Positions 16,534 to 26,770 are shown, numbered from the stretch's first letter. The stretch is 51,846 nt of DNA from Actinomycetota bacterium (GCA_041164085.1 JBEAQC010000016.1:1-51846), one strand, 5' to 3'. Notes: a model not told the origin generated them from the sequence alone. A program made the numbers and translations.

Positions 16534-17967
16534 GTGGCTCCACGTCGAGATGACAGACCCGGGATCGCGGCGATCTTCGCGGATATCGCGTCCTCGTGCC
16601 GCCGGCTGGGGGCGCCGACGTACGCGGACTGGGCCGAGTGCGTGGTGGCATGGCACGAGGACGAGCCCCTGCGCACCCTGCTTGGTCCGTATGCCGATGC
16701 CCGGGTGGGCGACATGGTGCCGCTGCGGCTCTTCGCGGCGATCCATCGCCTGGTCCTGGAACGGCAGGCGGGTGAGTTGGGGACCTTCATGCCGAGCGTG
16801 GGAGGGACGCCACCCAACGATGACCTCCAGCGGGAGCGGATGTGCCGGACTCTCCTCGCGGTCATCGACGCGCATCGCGATGAGATCGCAGGCGCGCTTA
16901 CCCGCATCCCGCAGACCAATGAGGTTGGCCGCGCGGTGGGCCTGGCAGCTCTCCTGCGCCGACTTCGGCACGCCTTCGCGCTCCCGGTCGATCTGCACGA
17001 GATCGGCTGCTCGGCCGGACTGTCGTTACGCGTCGACGCGCTGGTGGACGCGGGCGTCATCGGCGCCGACCACGCCGAGTGGGGAGCGCTTCCCGACATC
17101 GCGGGGCGCGATGGCATCGACCTCGCTCCCGTAGATGCATCGACCCCGTCAGGTCGCACGCTGCTGACCTCGTTCGTCTGGACCGATCAGATCGAGCGAT
17201 TCGAACGGCTGCGCCAGGCCCTGCGCGTTGCTGACCAGGTCGATGTTGATCTGGTGCGTGCGGATGCGGTCGATTCCGTCCGCGGGCTCGTCCTCCGACC
17301 GGGCCGCATCCTCGTCGTGTGGCACTCGGCGATGTGGCTCTATCTGGCACCGGATGAGCGCAGCGACATCCGCGCTGCACTCGAGGAGTTGGGTGCCGCG
17401 GCGACCGCAGGCAGCCCGCTTGCTCACGCCTGGCTCGAGCCTGTCGCGGAGAACGAAGGAGGAGAGCACCAGTTCACCCTCGCCATGGCGACATGGCCGG
17501 GCATCGACGGCGTGCCGGCCGGAGTGGAGGTGCCGTGGGGACACGCACCTCCGTCGGGTGAGCCGGTGGCTTGGAACGTGCCGTGTGCCGGTGCCATCGT
17601 GCGGGATCCGTCGGGCCGCATCCTGCTCGTCCGTCGAGGTCAGGCTCCCTCGCGTGGTCTGTGGTCCGTGCCGGGTGGCCGCGTGGAGCCAGGCGAGGAC
17701 TGGGCCGAGGCCGCGGTGCGCGAGGTGAGGGAGGAGACCGGCATCGTCGCCAGGCATCCGGAATTCGTCGGGATCGTGGAGCGGGACAGCGAGGCAGGGA
17801 CGACGTACCTCATCGCGGACTACGCGATGACCGGCGATGGTGAGCCGAGGGCCGGTGACGATGCCCTGGAGGCGAGGTGGTGTGAGCCCGATGAACTGCG
17901 CCTCATGCCGACCACGCCCGGCCTCGTGGAGGCCCTGCGCGGCTGGGGCCTGATCGACGAGGAGTGA
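16534..17967 (+). CDS. DUF2332-like domain fused to a C-terminal NUDIX hydrolase domain
   Basis: N-terminal ~330 aa: IFADIASSCRRLGAPTYADWAECV...LRLFAAIHRLVL...VWHSAMWLYL (DUF2332-like). C-terminal ~135 aa carries a perfect Nudix box GGRVEPGEDWAEAAVREVREETGI. Confidence 0.75.
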   Translation: MAPRRDDRPGIAAIFADIASSCRRLGAPTYADWAECVVAWHEDEPLRTLLGPYADARVGDMVPLRLFAAIHRLVLERQAGELGTFMPSVGGTPPNDDLQRERMCRTLLAVIDAHRDEIAGALTRIPQTNEVGRAVGLAALLRRLRHAFALPVDLHEIGCSAGLSLRVDALVDAGVIGADHAEWGALPDIAGRDGIDLAPVDASTPSGRTLLTSFVWTDQIERFERLRQALRVADQVDVDLVRADAVDSVRGLVLRPGRILVVWHSAMWLYLAPDERSDIRAALEELGAAATAGSPLAHAWLEPVAENEGGEHQFTLAMATWPGIDGVPAGVEVPWGHAPPSGEPVAWNVPCAGAIVRDPSGRILLVRRGQAPSRGLWSVPGGRVEPGEDWAEAAVREVREETGIVARHPEFVGIVERDSEAGTTYLIADYAMTGDGEPRAGDDALEARWCEPDELRLMPTTPGLVEALRGWGLIDEE

Positions 17968-18001
17968 CCCGCAGCATCGCCTCTGCTGGGCGCCGTGTGG
18001 A

Positions 18002-19477
18002 TCAGGCCTGCGCCTCGCCCTGGGTGGGTGAGCCACCGCGCTTGGTGCGCCTGCGCCGACGTGGCTTGGTGGAGCGTGGGGCGTCAGCCGTCGTCGTGCT
18101 CGCCGGGCGCGCTGCCCGGTCGCGGCCGGCTTCTCGGCCACGCGAACTCGATCGTGCCTGGCGTGGCCGGTCCTCGGCCGTCTTCTTGCGGCCCGTCTCA
18201 CCGAGATCCTCGACCTCTTCGGCCTCCAGTCCGGCGCGGGTCTGCTTGTCCTTGGCCAGGCGCCCCGTCACGTCGCGAGGGACGCCAAGCCCGGTGTAGA
18301 CGTGATCGGATGTGGAGTAGGTCTCCAGCGGATCCTTGAAGGGCAGTCCCAGGATCTTGTCGATCATCTGCCAGCGGGCGATGTCCTCCCAGTCGACGAG
18401 CGTGACGGCCACGCCGCTCGCACCCGCGCGGCCGGTGCGGCCGATGCGGTGCAGGTAGGTCTTCTCGTCGTCAGGGCACTCGTAGTTGACCACGTGCGTG
18501 ACGCCGTCGACGTCGATGCCACGTGCGGCGACATCGGTCGCGACGAGCACGTCGACCTTGCCGTTGCGGAATGCGCGAAGGGCCTGCTCCCGGGCGCCCT
18601 GCCCCAGGTCGCCGTGCACCGACCCGACGGCGAAGCCGCGTTGTGTGAGCTCGTCCGCGATCTTCTGAGCCTTGCGCTTGGTCCGGGTGAAGATCATCGT
18701 GAGACCGCGGCCCTCGGCCTGCAGCACGCGCGAGAGCAGTTCGACCTTGTCCATGGGGTGGGCGCGCCAGACATGCTGCTCGATCGCATCAACCGTTGCC
18801 CGATCATCGCCGGGGTCAGCGGCGCGGATGTGGGTCGGCTGCTGCATGTAGCGGCGTGCCAGGGCGACGATCTGCCCGGGCATGGTCGCCGAGAAGAGCA
18901 TGGTCTGACGCTGGGCGGGCAGTTCCGAGACGAGGCGCTCGACATCGGGCAGGAAGCCCATGTCGAGCATCTCGTCGGCTTCGTCGAGGACGAGGACGCG
19001 CACGCGAGACAGGTCGAGGTTGCGCCGCTGAACGAGATCGATCAGGCGCCCGGGTGTGCCGACAACGACCTCGACGCCGCGTGCGAGCGCTTCGATCTGC
19101 GGCTCGTAGGAGCGCCCGCCGTAGACACTGAGGACGCGTGCTCCCTGGCCAGCACCGGCCTGCTCCAGGTCGCCAGCGACCTGGACGCAGAGCTCGCGCG
19201 TGGGCACGACGACGAGTGCTTGCGGAGCAGCCCCGGGGCTGTCATCGCGCGTGATGCGCTGGAGCAGCGGGATGCCGAAGCCCAGCGTCTTGCCCGTGCC
19301 GGTCTTGGCCTGCCCGATGAGGTCGCGTCCCTCGAGGGCGAGGGGGAGCGTCATCGCCTGGATGGGAAAGGCGCGCTCGATGCCGGCCGATGCCAGGGAG
19401 GCGACGATCTCGGGTGACGCGCCGAGTTCGGCGAAGGTGGGTGCGAGGGGTGTTGCTTCTTGGACTGTTTCAGTCAT
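18002..19477 (-). CDS. rhlE: DEAD-box ATP-dependent RNA helicase with basic C-terminal tail
   Basis: ATG at 19477. Q motif FAELG..PIQ, AKTGTGKT, PTRELC, VLDEADEMLDMGF, SAT, HRIGRTGRAG. Arg/Lys-rich tail. Synteny with Rv3211. Confidence 0.9.
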   Translation of the reverse strand: MTETVQEATPLAPTFAELGASPEIVASLASAGIERAFPIQAMTLPLALEGRDLIGQAKTGTGKTLGFGIPLLQRITRDDSPGAAPQALVVVPTRELCVQVAGDLEQAGAGQGARVLSVYGGRSYEPQIEALARGVEVVVGTPGRLIDLVQRRNLDLSRVRVLVLDEADEMLDMGFLPDVERLVSELPAQRQTMLFSATMPGQIVALARRYMQQPTHIRAADPGDDRATVDAIEQHVWRAHPMDKVELLSRVLQAEGRGLTMIFTRTKRKAQKIADELTQRGFAVGSVHGDLGQGAREQALRAFRNGKVDVLVATDVAARGIDVDGVTHVVNYECPDDEKTYLHRIGRTGRAGASGVAVTLVDWEDIARWQMIDKILGLPFKDPLETYSTSDHVYTGLGVPRDVTGRLAKDKQTRAGLEAEEVEDLGETGRKKTAEDRPRQARSSSRGREAGRDRAARPASTTTADAPRSTKPRRRRRTKRGGSPTQGEAQA

Positions 19478-19641
19478 GAAGGTTCGTGCTCCAGTGCGGA
19501 TCCGAGGGCACCGCACCCGTCATCGCGGGGGCGCCACACACGGGGGGCGGATGGGGCTCACGCCCCTCGGGGACCCGGCCGGGTGCCCGCATCGCTCACG
19601 CGATCTGCCCATGGTACCGCGTGGGCAGTAGCCTTCCGGGC

Positions 19642-20334
19642 ATGGCGTCGTCGGATGTGCTCGATGCGAGCGAGGACTACCGGTCGGCGATCGTCGATCT
19701 CCTCGGGGTGCTGGCGTACGGCGAACTCATGGCCTCGCAGCGCCTGGCTTCGGATGCAGCCCTCGCCCCCACCATCGAGGACCAGGTGCAGCTCTCGACC
19801 ATGGCCGCGGCCGAGTTCCGACACTTCGTCCGCCTACGCGACCGGCTGGCGGACATGGGTGCCGATCCCGCGGCGGCCATGGAACCCTTCCGCGCACCCC
19901 TCGAGGCATTCCACGAAATGACGGCGCCAAGCGATTGGCTCGAGGGCCTGGTCAAGGCCTACGTCGGGGATGGCATCGGCATCGACTTCTACCGGGAGAT
20001 CGCCTCGAGCCTGGATCCGGACACCCGTGACCTCGTGCTCGACGTTTGCGAGGACCTCGGTCAGTCTGCCTTCGTCGTCGACCGGGTGCGCGCTGCGATC
20101 GCGGAGGATCCGCGGCTCGAGGGACGCTTGGCCCTGTGGGCCAGGCGTCTCGTGGGGGAGGCGCTCTCGCAGGCACAGCACGTCGCGGCCGAGCGCGAGG
20201 CGCTCACCGCACTGCTCGTGGGCGACGTCGGCGCGCAAGGGGCAGGGATGGATCTGACGGCCATCGGCGCGATGCTGTCACGCCTCACTGATGCTCACGC
20301 CCGACGCATGCGGGCCCTTGGCCTGTCGTCGTAG
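19642..20334 (+). CDS. Ferritin-like fold protein (Rv3212-like)
   Basis: ATG at 19642. Helical protein: LLGVLAYGELMASQRLA...AAEFRHFVRLRDRL...WLEGLVKAYVGDGIGIDFY. Divergent from the DEAD-box helicase, as in mycobacteria. Confidence 0.7.
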   Translation: MASSDVLDASEDYRSAIVDLLGVLAYGELMASQRLASDAALAPTIEDQVQLSTMAAAEFRHFVRLRDRLADMGADPAAAMEPFRAPLEAFHEMTAPSDWLEGLVKAYVGDGIGIDFYREIASSLDPDTRDLVLDVCEDLGQSAFVVDRVRAAIAEDPRLEGRLALWARRLVGEALSQAQHVAAEREALTALLVGDVGAQGAGMDLTAIGAMLSRLTDAHARRMRALGLSS

Positions 20335-20340
20335 CGAAGA

Positions 20341-20562
20341 CTAGGTGCCGAAGCCGACGCGACGTGAGGCGCCGGAACTGATCTCGACGTAGGCGATGCG
20401 CTCGGCCGGCACCATGACCCGACGGCCCTTGTCGTCTTCCAGGCTGAGGATGCCTCCGTCGGCGATCGCGGCGCGGACGGCAGCCTCGACATCTTCGGGG
20501 GACTGGTCGGACTCCAGCGCGATCTCGCGCGCGGTCTGCTGAACGCCGATCTTGATCTCCAC
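20341..20562 (-). CDS. DUF3107 protein (TB9.4/Rv3208A-like)
   Basis: MEIKIGVQQTAREIALESDQSPEDVEAAVRAAI...LSLEDDKGRRVMVPAERIAYVEI is the conserved DUF3107 sequence. Confidence 0.85.
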   Translation of the reverse strand: MEIKIGVQQTAREIALESDQSPEDVEAAVRAAIADGGILSLEDDKGRRVMVPAERIAYVEISSGASRRVGFGT

Positions 20563-20601
20563 GGATCCTCCTTCGATGGTCAGGCTAACCGGGCGGGACG
20601 A

Positions 20602-21246
20602 TCACGGTGTCGGGGGGTGAGACAGGGGGAAGCCGCCGATACCTCGCCAACCCAGGCCCGAGATGAGGTCCACCGCGGCCTCGCGCGCCATCCGGGGGTC
20701 CTCCCTCAGCCAGCGCCGAGCGGCGATCTGGGCCATCCCGAGGAGTCCGGAGGCCAGGAGCTCTGCCTGGTCGGCAGACAGTCCGGTGTCCTCGGCGATC
20801 ACCTGCCCCAGCATGAGCGAGCAGGCGTCATCGGCTGCTTCGACGCGGTAGCGCACCGCGGGCTCGTTGGTGAGATCGCTCTCGAAGACCAGACGGTAGG
20901 CGCCGTCCGGATCATCGACGAAGCCGAAGTAGGCCGAGACCGCCCCACGCACGCGCTGCTTGTTGTCCGTCGTGGCCTCGAGCGCGGCGCGCAGTGTGTC
21001 GAGAAGAACGGTGATGCCATCGTCAAGAAGGGCGACGTACAGATCGAGTTTGCCGGGGAAGTGCTGATAGAGCACGGGCTTGCTGACGCCTGCGCGCTCG
21101 GCGATGTCGTCCATGGCGGCGGTGTGATAGCCCTGCGCGACGAAGACTTCGCGGGCGGCACGCAGGACCTGGGCGCGGCGCTCCTCGCGGGGGAGTCGGC
21201 TCAGCCCCGACCGGTCGGTCGCACGCGCATCGTCGGCCAGGGTCAC
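20602..21246 (-). CDS. TetR family transcriptional regulator (Rv3208-like)
   Basis: HTH region RRAQVLRAAREVFVAQGYHTAAMDDIAERAGVSKPVLYQHFPGKLDLY. Confidence 0.9.
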   Translation of the reverse strand: MTLADDARATDRSGLSRLPREERRAQVLRAAREVFVAQGYHTAAMDDIAERAGVSKPVLYQHFPGKLDLYVALLDDGITVLLDTLRAALEATTDNKQRVRGAVSAYFGFVDDPDGAYRLVFESDLTNEPAVRYRVEAADDACSLMLGQVIAEDTGLSADQAELLASGLLGMAQIAARRWLREDPRMAREAAVDLISGLGWRGIGGFPLSHPPTP

Positions 21247-21336
21247 CCGCTCATGCTAGTGCCCGGAGGTGGGCGATCCTGCCGTCCTGCATCCACGCCG
21301 GCCCCGTGGTCTCATGGAGCCGTGGAACAACTCGTG

Positions 21337-22230
21337 ATGCCTCCACCAGAGCGCTGGGCCCTCCCCGTCGGCGAGGTCCACGTTCGCCGCGGCGGCGGAG
21401 GTCCGCGGCCGGCTGTCTTCATCCACGGTCTCGGCGGATCGGCCCTCAATTGGGTGCCCTTGATGGATCACCTGGAGCGCGAGGTCACCTCGCTGGCGAT
21501 CGACCTGCCGGGCTTCGGGATGTCGCCGCCGCCGCGGGATGGCGACTACTCGCCCGCGGGGCATGCTCGCGTCGTCGCGGCAACGATCGAGGAGTGGCGC
21601 GAGCGCGAGGGCATCGACGAGTCAGTGCACGTGATCGGCAACTCGATGGGCGGTGCCGTCGCGCTGCAGCTCGCAGCACGCCGGCCCGAGCTCGTGACGA
21701 CGCTGACCCTCGTATCGCCTGCACTTCCCTCGTTGCGCGTGGGCCGGGGAAATGCGCATCTGCCTCTCGTCGCCATCCCCGGACTAGGGGAGTCGCTCGT
21801 CCGGAGGTACGCCGCGGTCCCTGCTGACCGCCGTGTGCAAGCGACCCTGGATGCCTGCACGACCGATCCCGAGCGTGTATCCGTGAATCTCCGCGACGCA
21901 CTCATCGCCGAGACGACGTACCGCGACTCCCTGCCCTACGCCCACGATGCCTTCTTGCGTTCGCTCCGCGGTCTGCTCTCGACGTTCGCCGACCGCGGAG
22001 CGCATCGTCCGTGGCGCCTGGCGCGCCGGGTGCAGCAGCCGGTCCTCGCGATCTACGGCGAAGACGACATCCTCGTCGATGCGCGGGGCGCCGCCCGAGT
22101 CGCGCGTGAGTTCCGCGATGCCGATGTGGCTCTGCTCGACGGCTGTGGCCACGTAGCGCAGATGGAGCACCCCGAGACGGTCGCGCGGCTGTGGATAGAC
22201 CGGTTCGCCGGTGTGTCTTCCGGTATTTGA
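21337..22230 (+). CDS. Alpha/beta hydrolase
   Basis: ATG at 21337. The upstream part of the 537-aa track ORF is a shadow of the TetR gene. AVFIHGLGGSALNW, nucleophile elbow IGNSMGG, late GCGHVAQMEHPE. Confidence 0.85.
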   Translation: MPPPERWALPVGEVHVRRGGGGPRPAVFIHGLGGSALNWVPLMDHLEREVTSLAIDLPGFGMSPPPRDGDYSPAGHARVVAATIEEWREREGIDESVHVIGNSMGGAVALQLAARRPELVTTLTLVSPALPSLRVGRGNAHLPLVAIPGLGESLVRRYAAVPADRRVQATLDACTTDPERVSVNLRDALIAETTYRDSLPYAHDAFLRSLRGLLSTFADRGAHRPWRLARRVQQPVLAIYGEDDILVDARGAARVAREFRDADVALLDGCGHVAQMEHPETVARLWIDRFAGVSSGI

Positions 22231-22347
22231 CCGCGTGAACCCCCACTGATCCCTACCCTGCGGCGCAGGGCAGGGCTTCCGTCCTGCCCGGTTCGAGGGC
22301 CCGGGGGTCCGGTCACCTTCGGGCTGGCCCGCACACCTGGAGGATCA

Positions 22348-23922
22348 GTGGGCGATAACTCAGCAAACAAGAACATGTCTGTGTCGGGTGTCGAATACAC
22401 CCACGCGGGCAAGGACTACTTCGAAAAGCGCGGTCTCAAACGACATGCCGGTGCGGCATCGCTGTGGGGGCTCGGCGTCGCCGCCGTCATCTCCGGCGAC
22501 TTCTCTGGTTGGAACTTCGGCATTGGCAACGCCGGCTGGGGCGGCATGCTCATCGCAACGCTCATCATCGGGCTGATGTACGTCCTGATGATCTACAGCA
22601 TCGCGGAGATGAGTGCTGCCATGCCGCACACCGGCGGTGCGTACTCCTTCGCGCGTTCGGCGATGGGGCCCTGGGGCGGCTTCACGACGGGATTCGCTGA
22701 GACCGTGGAGTATGTGATTACGACCGCGGTCGTGGGCACTTTCGCAGCGCTCTACGCCGACGCGATCGTCGCGGAACTCTTCGACGTGTCCCTGCCGATC
22801 CTGCTGTGGGTCGTCATCATCTACGTCATCTTCGTGGCTCTCAATGCCGCGGGTGCCGCGGCGTCCTTCCGCTTCGCCTTCGGTATCGCGATCGTGTCGC
22901 TGGGTGTCCTGGCGATCTTCTTCGTCTCGGCCCTGTTCTCGGGCAAATTCAGCGTCGACAACCTCTTCGACATCGTGCCCGAGGCTGGCGGCAGCACCTT
23001 CCTGCCCTACGGCTTCCTCGGGATCTTCCTGGCGATGCCCTTCGCGATCTGGTTCTTCCTGGGCATCGAGGAACTCCCTCTGGCGGCCGAGGAGACCCAC
23101 GACCCTGCCAAGGACATTCCCAAGGGTTCGATCGCGGGCATGTTCACGCTGGTGGTCACGGCGCTGCTCGTTCTTATCCTCAACCCCGGAGTGCTCGGCG
23201 CGGCGGCGATCTCTGAAAGCGGAGAGCCGATTCTGGACGGCTTCCGCGCGATCTTCCCGAATAGCGACATCGCGGCTCTGCTGTCGCTCATGGCCCTTGC
23301 GGGCCTGATCGCGAGCTTCCAGGGGATCATGTTCGCTGCAGGTCGCAACGTGTACTCGCTGTCTCGCGCGGGCTACTACCCGAAGTTCCTGTCCCTCACG
23401 GGTGCGCGCAAGACACCGTACGTCGCCCTCATTGCGAGCGCGGTGGTCGGCATCGTCCTCATCTTCGGGCTCGGTGCGATCGCCTATGGAGCGGAGGAGG
23501 CGCCGTACGTTAACGCCGCCAATGCGCTTCTGCTCATCGCGGTCTTCGGTGCGGTGATCGCCTATCTGCTGCAGATGGTCGCCTTCCTCATTCTGCGGCG
23601 GAAGTTCCCCAGTGTGTCGCGGCCCTATCGAAGCCCGGTGGGGATCATTGGAGCACTCATCGCGGGCCTCATCTCGCTCGTCACCTTGATCCTCATGCCC
23701 TTCAATGCCGACTACCGGGCTGTCGTGGTGTGGGTGGCCATCGTCTACGTCGCGGGGCTTTTGCTCTTCGCCATCTTCGGACGCAAGCGCCTGGTGCTCT
23801 CTCCCGAGGAGGAGTACGCCATCTCCGGCGGCGCGCACGGTCACCCCGAGGTGGAGGGCTACGACGTGGTCGAGACGCTAGAGGAGACCGGCAAGGAGGA
23901 GTTCTTCCCACCCAAGGGGTGA
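22348..23922 (+). CDS. APC-superfamily amino-acid permease, ethanolamine permease (Eat)-like
   Basis: GTG at 22348 has GGAGG 5 nt upstream (ATG at 22375 is the alternative). 12-TM profile. The N-terminus YFEKRGLKRHAGAASLWGLGVAAVISGDFSGWNFGIGNAGWGG resembles ethanolamine permeases; specificity is inferred partly from context. Confidence 0.75.
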   Translation: MGDNSANKNMSVSGVEYTHAGKDYFEKRGLKRHAGAASLWGLGVAAVISGDFSGWNFGIGNAGWGGMLIATLIIGLMYVLMIYSIAEMSAAMPHTGGAYSFARSAMGPWGGFTTGFAETVEYVITTAVVGTFAALYADAIVAELFDVSLPILLWVVIIYVIFVALNAAGAAASFRFAFGIAIVSLGVLAIFFVSALFSGKFSVDNLFDIVPEAGGSTFLPYGFLGIFLAMPFAIWFFLGIEELPLAAEETHDPAKDIPKGSIAGMFTLVVTALLVLILNPGVLGAAAISESGEPILDGFRAIFPNSDIAALLSLMALAGLIASFQGIMFAAGRNVYSLSRAGYYPKFLSLTGARKTPYVALIASAVVGIVLIFGLGAIAYGAEEAPYVNAANALLLIAVFGAVIAYLLQMVAFLILRRKFPSVSRPYRSPVGIIGALIAGLISLVTLILMPFNADYRAVVVWVAIVYVAGLLLFAIFGRKRLVLSPEEEYAISGGAHGHPEVEGYDVVETLEETGKEEFFPPKG

Positions 23923-24040
23923 CGCGTATCGGTAGCCTCCGGGGGCGGGTCGCTGCGGCGCCCCGGCTCGGCGGGTGGCCATGCCGCCCCTGTCGGGCCC
24001 CCCGGAGGCTCCGACGGCACCATCGACTCAGGAGGTCCAC

Positions 24041-25405
24041 ATGGCACGTTCGATCCCCTTGGATGTCGACAGCCTCAGGCGGGAGGTCGACGAGGGTGAG
24101 ATCGACACGGTCGTGGTCGGCATCACCGACATGCAGGGACGTATGCAGGGCAAGCGCATCCATGCCGACCACTTCGTCCATGACACGCTGGCCCATGGCA
24201 CGGAGGGGTGCAACTACCTCCTCGCGGTTGACGTCGACATGAACACCGTGTCCGGCTACGCGATGTCATCGTGGGACTCCGGCTACGGCGACATGGTGAT
24301 GCGACCGGATCTGTCGACCCTGCATCGCATTCCGTGGCAGGAGGGCGCCGTGGGTGTCCTGTGCGACGTGCTGTGGGAGGACGGATCGGACGTCGTCGCA
24401 TCGCCGCGCCAGGTGCTGCGCCGGCAGGTCGACCGATTGGCTGATGCCGGCATGGCGGCGTACGTCGGGACCGAACTGGAGTTCATCGTCTTCCTCGACA
24501 GCTACGAGGAGGCGTGGGAGTCGGGCTATCGCGATCTCACCCCGGCCAATCTCTACAACGTCGACTACTCCATTCTCGGCGGTGCTCGCGTGGAGCCGCT
24601 GCTGCGGCGCATCCGGCTCGGGATGGCCGGTGCGGGCCTTGAAGTCGAGAGCGCCAAGGGGGAATGCAACCTCGGCCAGCACGAGATCGCCTTCAAGTAC
24701 AACGAAGCACTCGTCACCTGTGACCGTCACACGATCTACAAGACGGGAGCCAAGGAGATCGCGGCCCAGGAGGATGTGTCCCTGACGTTCATGGCGAAGT
24801 ATGACGAGCGCGAGGGCAACTCCTGCCACATCCACCTGTCGTTTCGTGGGCTCGATGGCTCGATGGTGATGGCAGATGACGCCTCGCCGGACGGTATGTC
24901 GCCCCTGGGCCGGTCTTTCGTGGCGGGACAACTCGCGCATCTCGAGGAGCTCACCCTGCTCTTCGCGCCGCAGATCAACTCCTACAAGCGCTACGTCGAG
25001 GGCTCCTTCGCGCCCACCGCGATCAAGTGGGGTCGGGACAATCGCACGTGCGCGCTGCGACTGGTGGGCCATGGCCCATCGCTTCGGCTGGAGAATCGCG
25101 TGCCAGGCGGTGACGTGAATCCCTACCTTGCGGTCGCGGGCATCATCGCCGCCGGCATGGACGGCATCGAGCGCGAGTTGCCGCTCGAGCCGGCCTTCGA
25201 AGGCAACGCCTACACCGCCGACGCCGCGCGGGTGCCGGACAATCTCGCCCGTGCCGTCGAACTGTGGGAGGGGTCGGCGTGGGTGCGGGACACCTTCGGT
25301 GAAGAGGTCCAGGCGCACTACGCCAGGATGGGCCGCGTGGAGTTGGACGCCTTCGGTCGCGCCGTGACCGACTGGGAGCGCTATCGGGGGTTCGAGCGCC
25401 TGTGA
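24041..25405 (+). CDS. glnA4: Glutamine-synthetase-like gamma-glutamyl ligase (GlnA4 type)
   Basis: AGGAGG upstream of the ATG at 24041. ITDMQGRMQGKRI, CNYLLAVDVDMNTVSGYAMSSWDSGYGDMVMRPD, GTELEFIVF, NSCHIHLS, NSYKRY and NRTCALR are GS-fold motifs in the GlnA4 (Rv2860c-like) arrangement. Confidence 0.8.
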   Translation: MARSIPLDVDSLRREVDEGEIDTVVVGITDMQGRMQGKRIHADHFVHDTLAHGTEGCNYLLAVDVDMNTVSGYAMSSWDSGYGDMVMRPDLSTLHRIPWQEGAVGVLCDVLWEDGSDVVASPRQVLRRQVDRLADAGMAAYVGTELEFIVFLDSYEEAWESGYRDLTPANLYNVDYSILGGARVEPLLRRIRLGMAGAGLEVESAKGECNLGQHEIAFKYNEALVTCDRHTIYKTGAKEIAAQEDVSLTFMAKYDEREGNSCHIHLSFRGLDGSMVMADDASPDGMSPLGRSFVAGQLAHLEELTLLFAPQINSYKRYVEGSFAPTAIKWGRDNRTCALRLVGHGPSLRLENRVPGGDVNPYLAVAGIIAAGMDGIERELPLEPAFEGNAYTADAARVPDNLARAVELWEGSAWVRDTFGEEVQAHYARMGRVELDAFGRAVTDWERYRGFERL

Positions 25406-26754
25406 CCGCCGTCATCAGCCCCGTGAGTGGGGCGCAGATTGCCGATGTCCCCGCTACGTCCGTGGAGGAGACGGACGCCGTCATCCAACGTGCGCACGAA
25501 GCTTTCCCCGCCTGGCGCGCGGTGAGCCCGGGTGACCGCGCGCGCCTGCTGCGCCGCTTCAGCCAGGTGGTTGACGATCACATCGAGGAGCTCGCGCAGC
25601 TCGAGGTGACCAACTCCGGCCACACCATCGGCAACGCCCGCTGGGAGGCCGGCAATGTCCGCGATGTCCTCGCGTATTACGCGGGAGCACCCGAGCGGCT
25701 CTTCGGCCGACAGATCCCCGTGCCCGGTGGGGTCGACATGACATTCCACGAGCCGATCGGTGTCGTCGGCATCATCGTGCCGTGGAATTTCCCCATGCCC
25801 ATCGCCGGCTGGGGCTTCGCGCCGGCGCTCGCTGCCGGCTGCACTGTCGTGTTGAAACCCGCGGAAGTGACGCCGCTGACCGCGATCCGCCTCGGCGAAC
25901 TCGCGCTGCAGGCCGGCATCCCCGAGGGTGTCTTCACCGTCATTCCCGGCAAGGGTTCGGTGGTGGGAGAGCGCTTCGTCACTCACCCGCTCGTACGCAA
26001 GGTCGTCTTCACCGGATCGACCGAGGTGGGCGAGCGGATCATGGCCGGCTGCGCACCTCAGATCAAGCGGGTGACGCTCGAGCTGGGTGGCAAGAGCGCC
26101 AACATCGTTTTCGCCGACGCTGATCTCGAGCGTGCAGCGGCGACCGCGCCATACGGCGTCTTCGACAACGCCGGCCAGGACTGCTGCGCCCGATCGCGCA
26201 TCCTCGTGGAGCGCTCGGTCTTCGATCGCTTCATGGCGCTCCTGGAGCCCGCTGTCGCCGGAGTGCGCGTCGAGGAGCCATCCCTGGACACCGCTGAAAT
26301 GGGTCCCCTCATCACCGCTGCTCATCGTGAGACTGTCGCGTCGTACGTCGACGATGCCCAGGTCGCCTTCCGCGGCAGTTGTCCCGACGGTCCGGGCTTT
26401 TGGTTCCCGCCCACCGTGATCGTGCCCACCTCGGAGTCCGATCGCGCCTACCGCGAGGAAATCTTCGGCCCGGTCGTCGCGGTGATGCCCTTCGAAGACG
26501 AGGCCGATGCCATCCGCATGGCCAATGACTCCGACTTCGGCCTGTCCGGGTCTATCTGGAGCCGCGACATCGGGCGGGCGCTGCGCGTCTCCCGCGGGGT
26601 CGAGTCGGGCAATCTGTCGGTCAATTCGCACTCCTCCGTGCGCTACTGGACCCCCTTCGGGGGCTTCAAGCGCTCGGGCCTGGGCCGTGAGCTCGGGCCT
26701 GACGCGCCCGAGGCCTTCACCGAGACCAAGAACGTCTTCATCGCCACGGACTGA
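25402..26754 (+). CDS. NAD(P)-dependent aldehyde dehydrogenase (AldC-like)
   Basis: GTGA overlap with the glnA4 stop. VPWNFP, KPAEVTPLT, FTGSTEVG, ELGGKSANIVF, GQDCCARSR, EEIFGPV. Confidence 0.9.
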   Translation: MTAVISPVSGAQIADVPATSVEETDAVIQRAHEAFPAWRAVSPGDRARLLRRFSQVVDDHIEELAQLEVTNSGHTIGNARWEAGNVRDVLAYYAGAPERLFGRQIPVPGGVDMTFHEPIGVVGIIVPWNFPMPIAGWGFAPALAAGCTVVLKPAEVTPLTAIRLGELALQAGIPEGVFTVIPGKGSVVGERFVTHPLVRKVVFTGSTEVGERIMAGCAPQIKRVTLELGGKSANIVFADADLERAAATAPYGVFDNAGQDCCARSRILVERSVFDRFMALLEPAVAGVRVEEPSLDTAEMGPLITAAHRETVASYVDDAQVAFRGSCPDGPGFWFPPTVIVPTSESDRAYREEIFGPVVAVMPFEDEADAIRMANDSDFGLSGSIWSRDIGRALRVSRGVESGNLSVNSHSSVRYWTPFGGFKRSGLGRELGPDAPEAFTETKNVFIATD

Positions 26755-26770
26755 TCCGGAGAGGAATGTC

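Noticed and set aside
20617-21336. N-terminal extensions of track ORFs: 20617-22230 (537 aa), 41756-43099 (447 aa), 26507-27550, 47377-48348 and 32937-36371.
   Set aside because: The extensions overlap well-supported genes on the other strand or upstream. The homologous protein begins at an internal start with an RBS, so the features are trimmed accordingly.
22231-22347. tRNA-like GGTTCGAG motif (22290-22297) and several short hairpins upstream of the permease gene.
   Set aside because: No cloverleaf can be drawn: there is no D-arm or anticodon arm, and the acceptor pairing is absent. More likely these are hydrolase terminator or permease leader structures. I could not match them to any riboswitch consensus.
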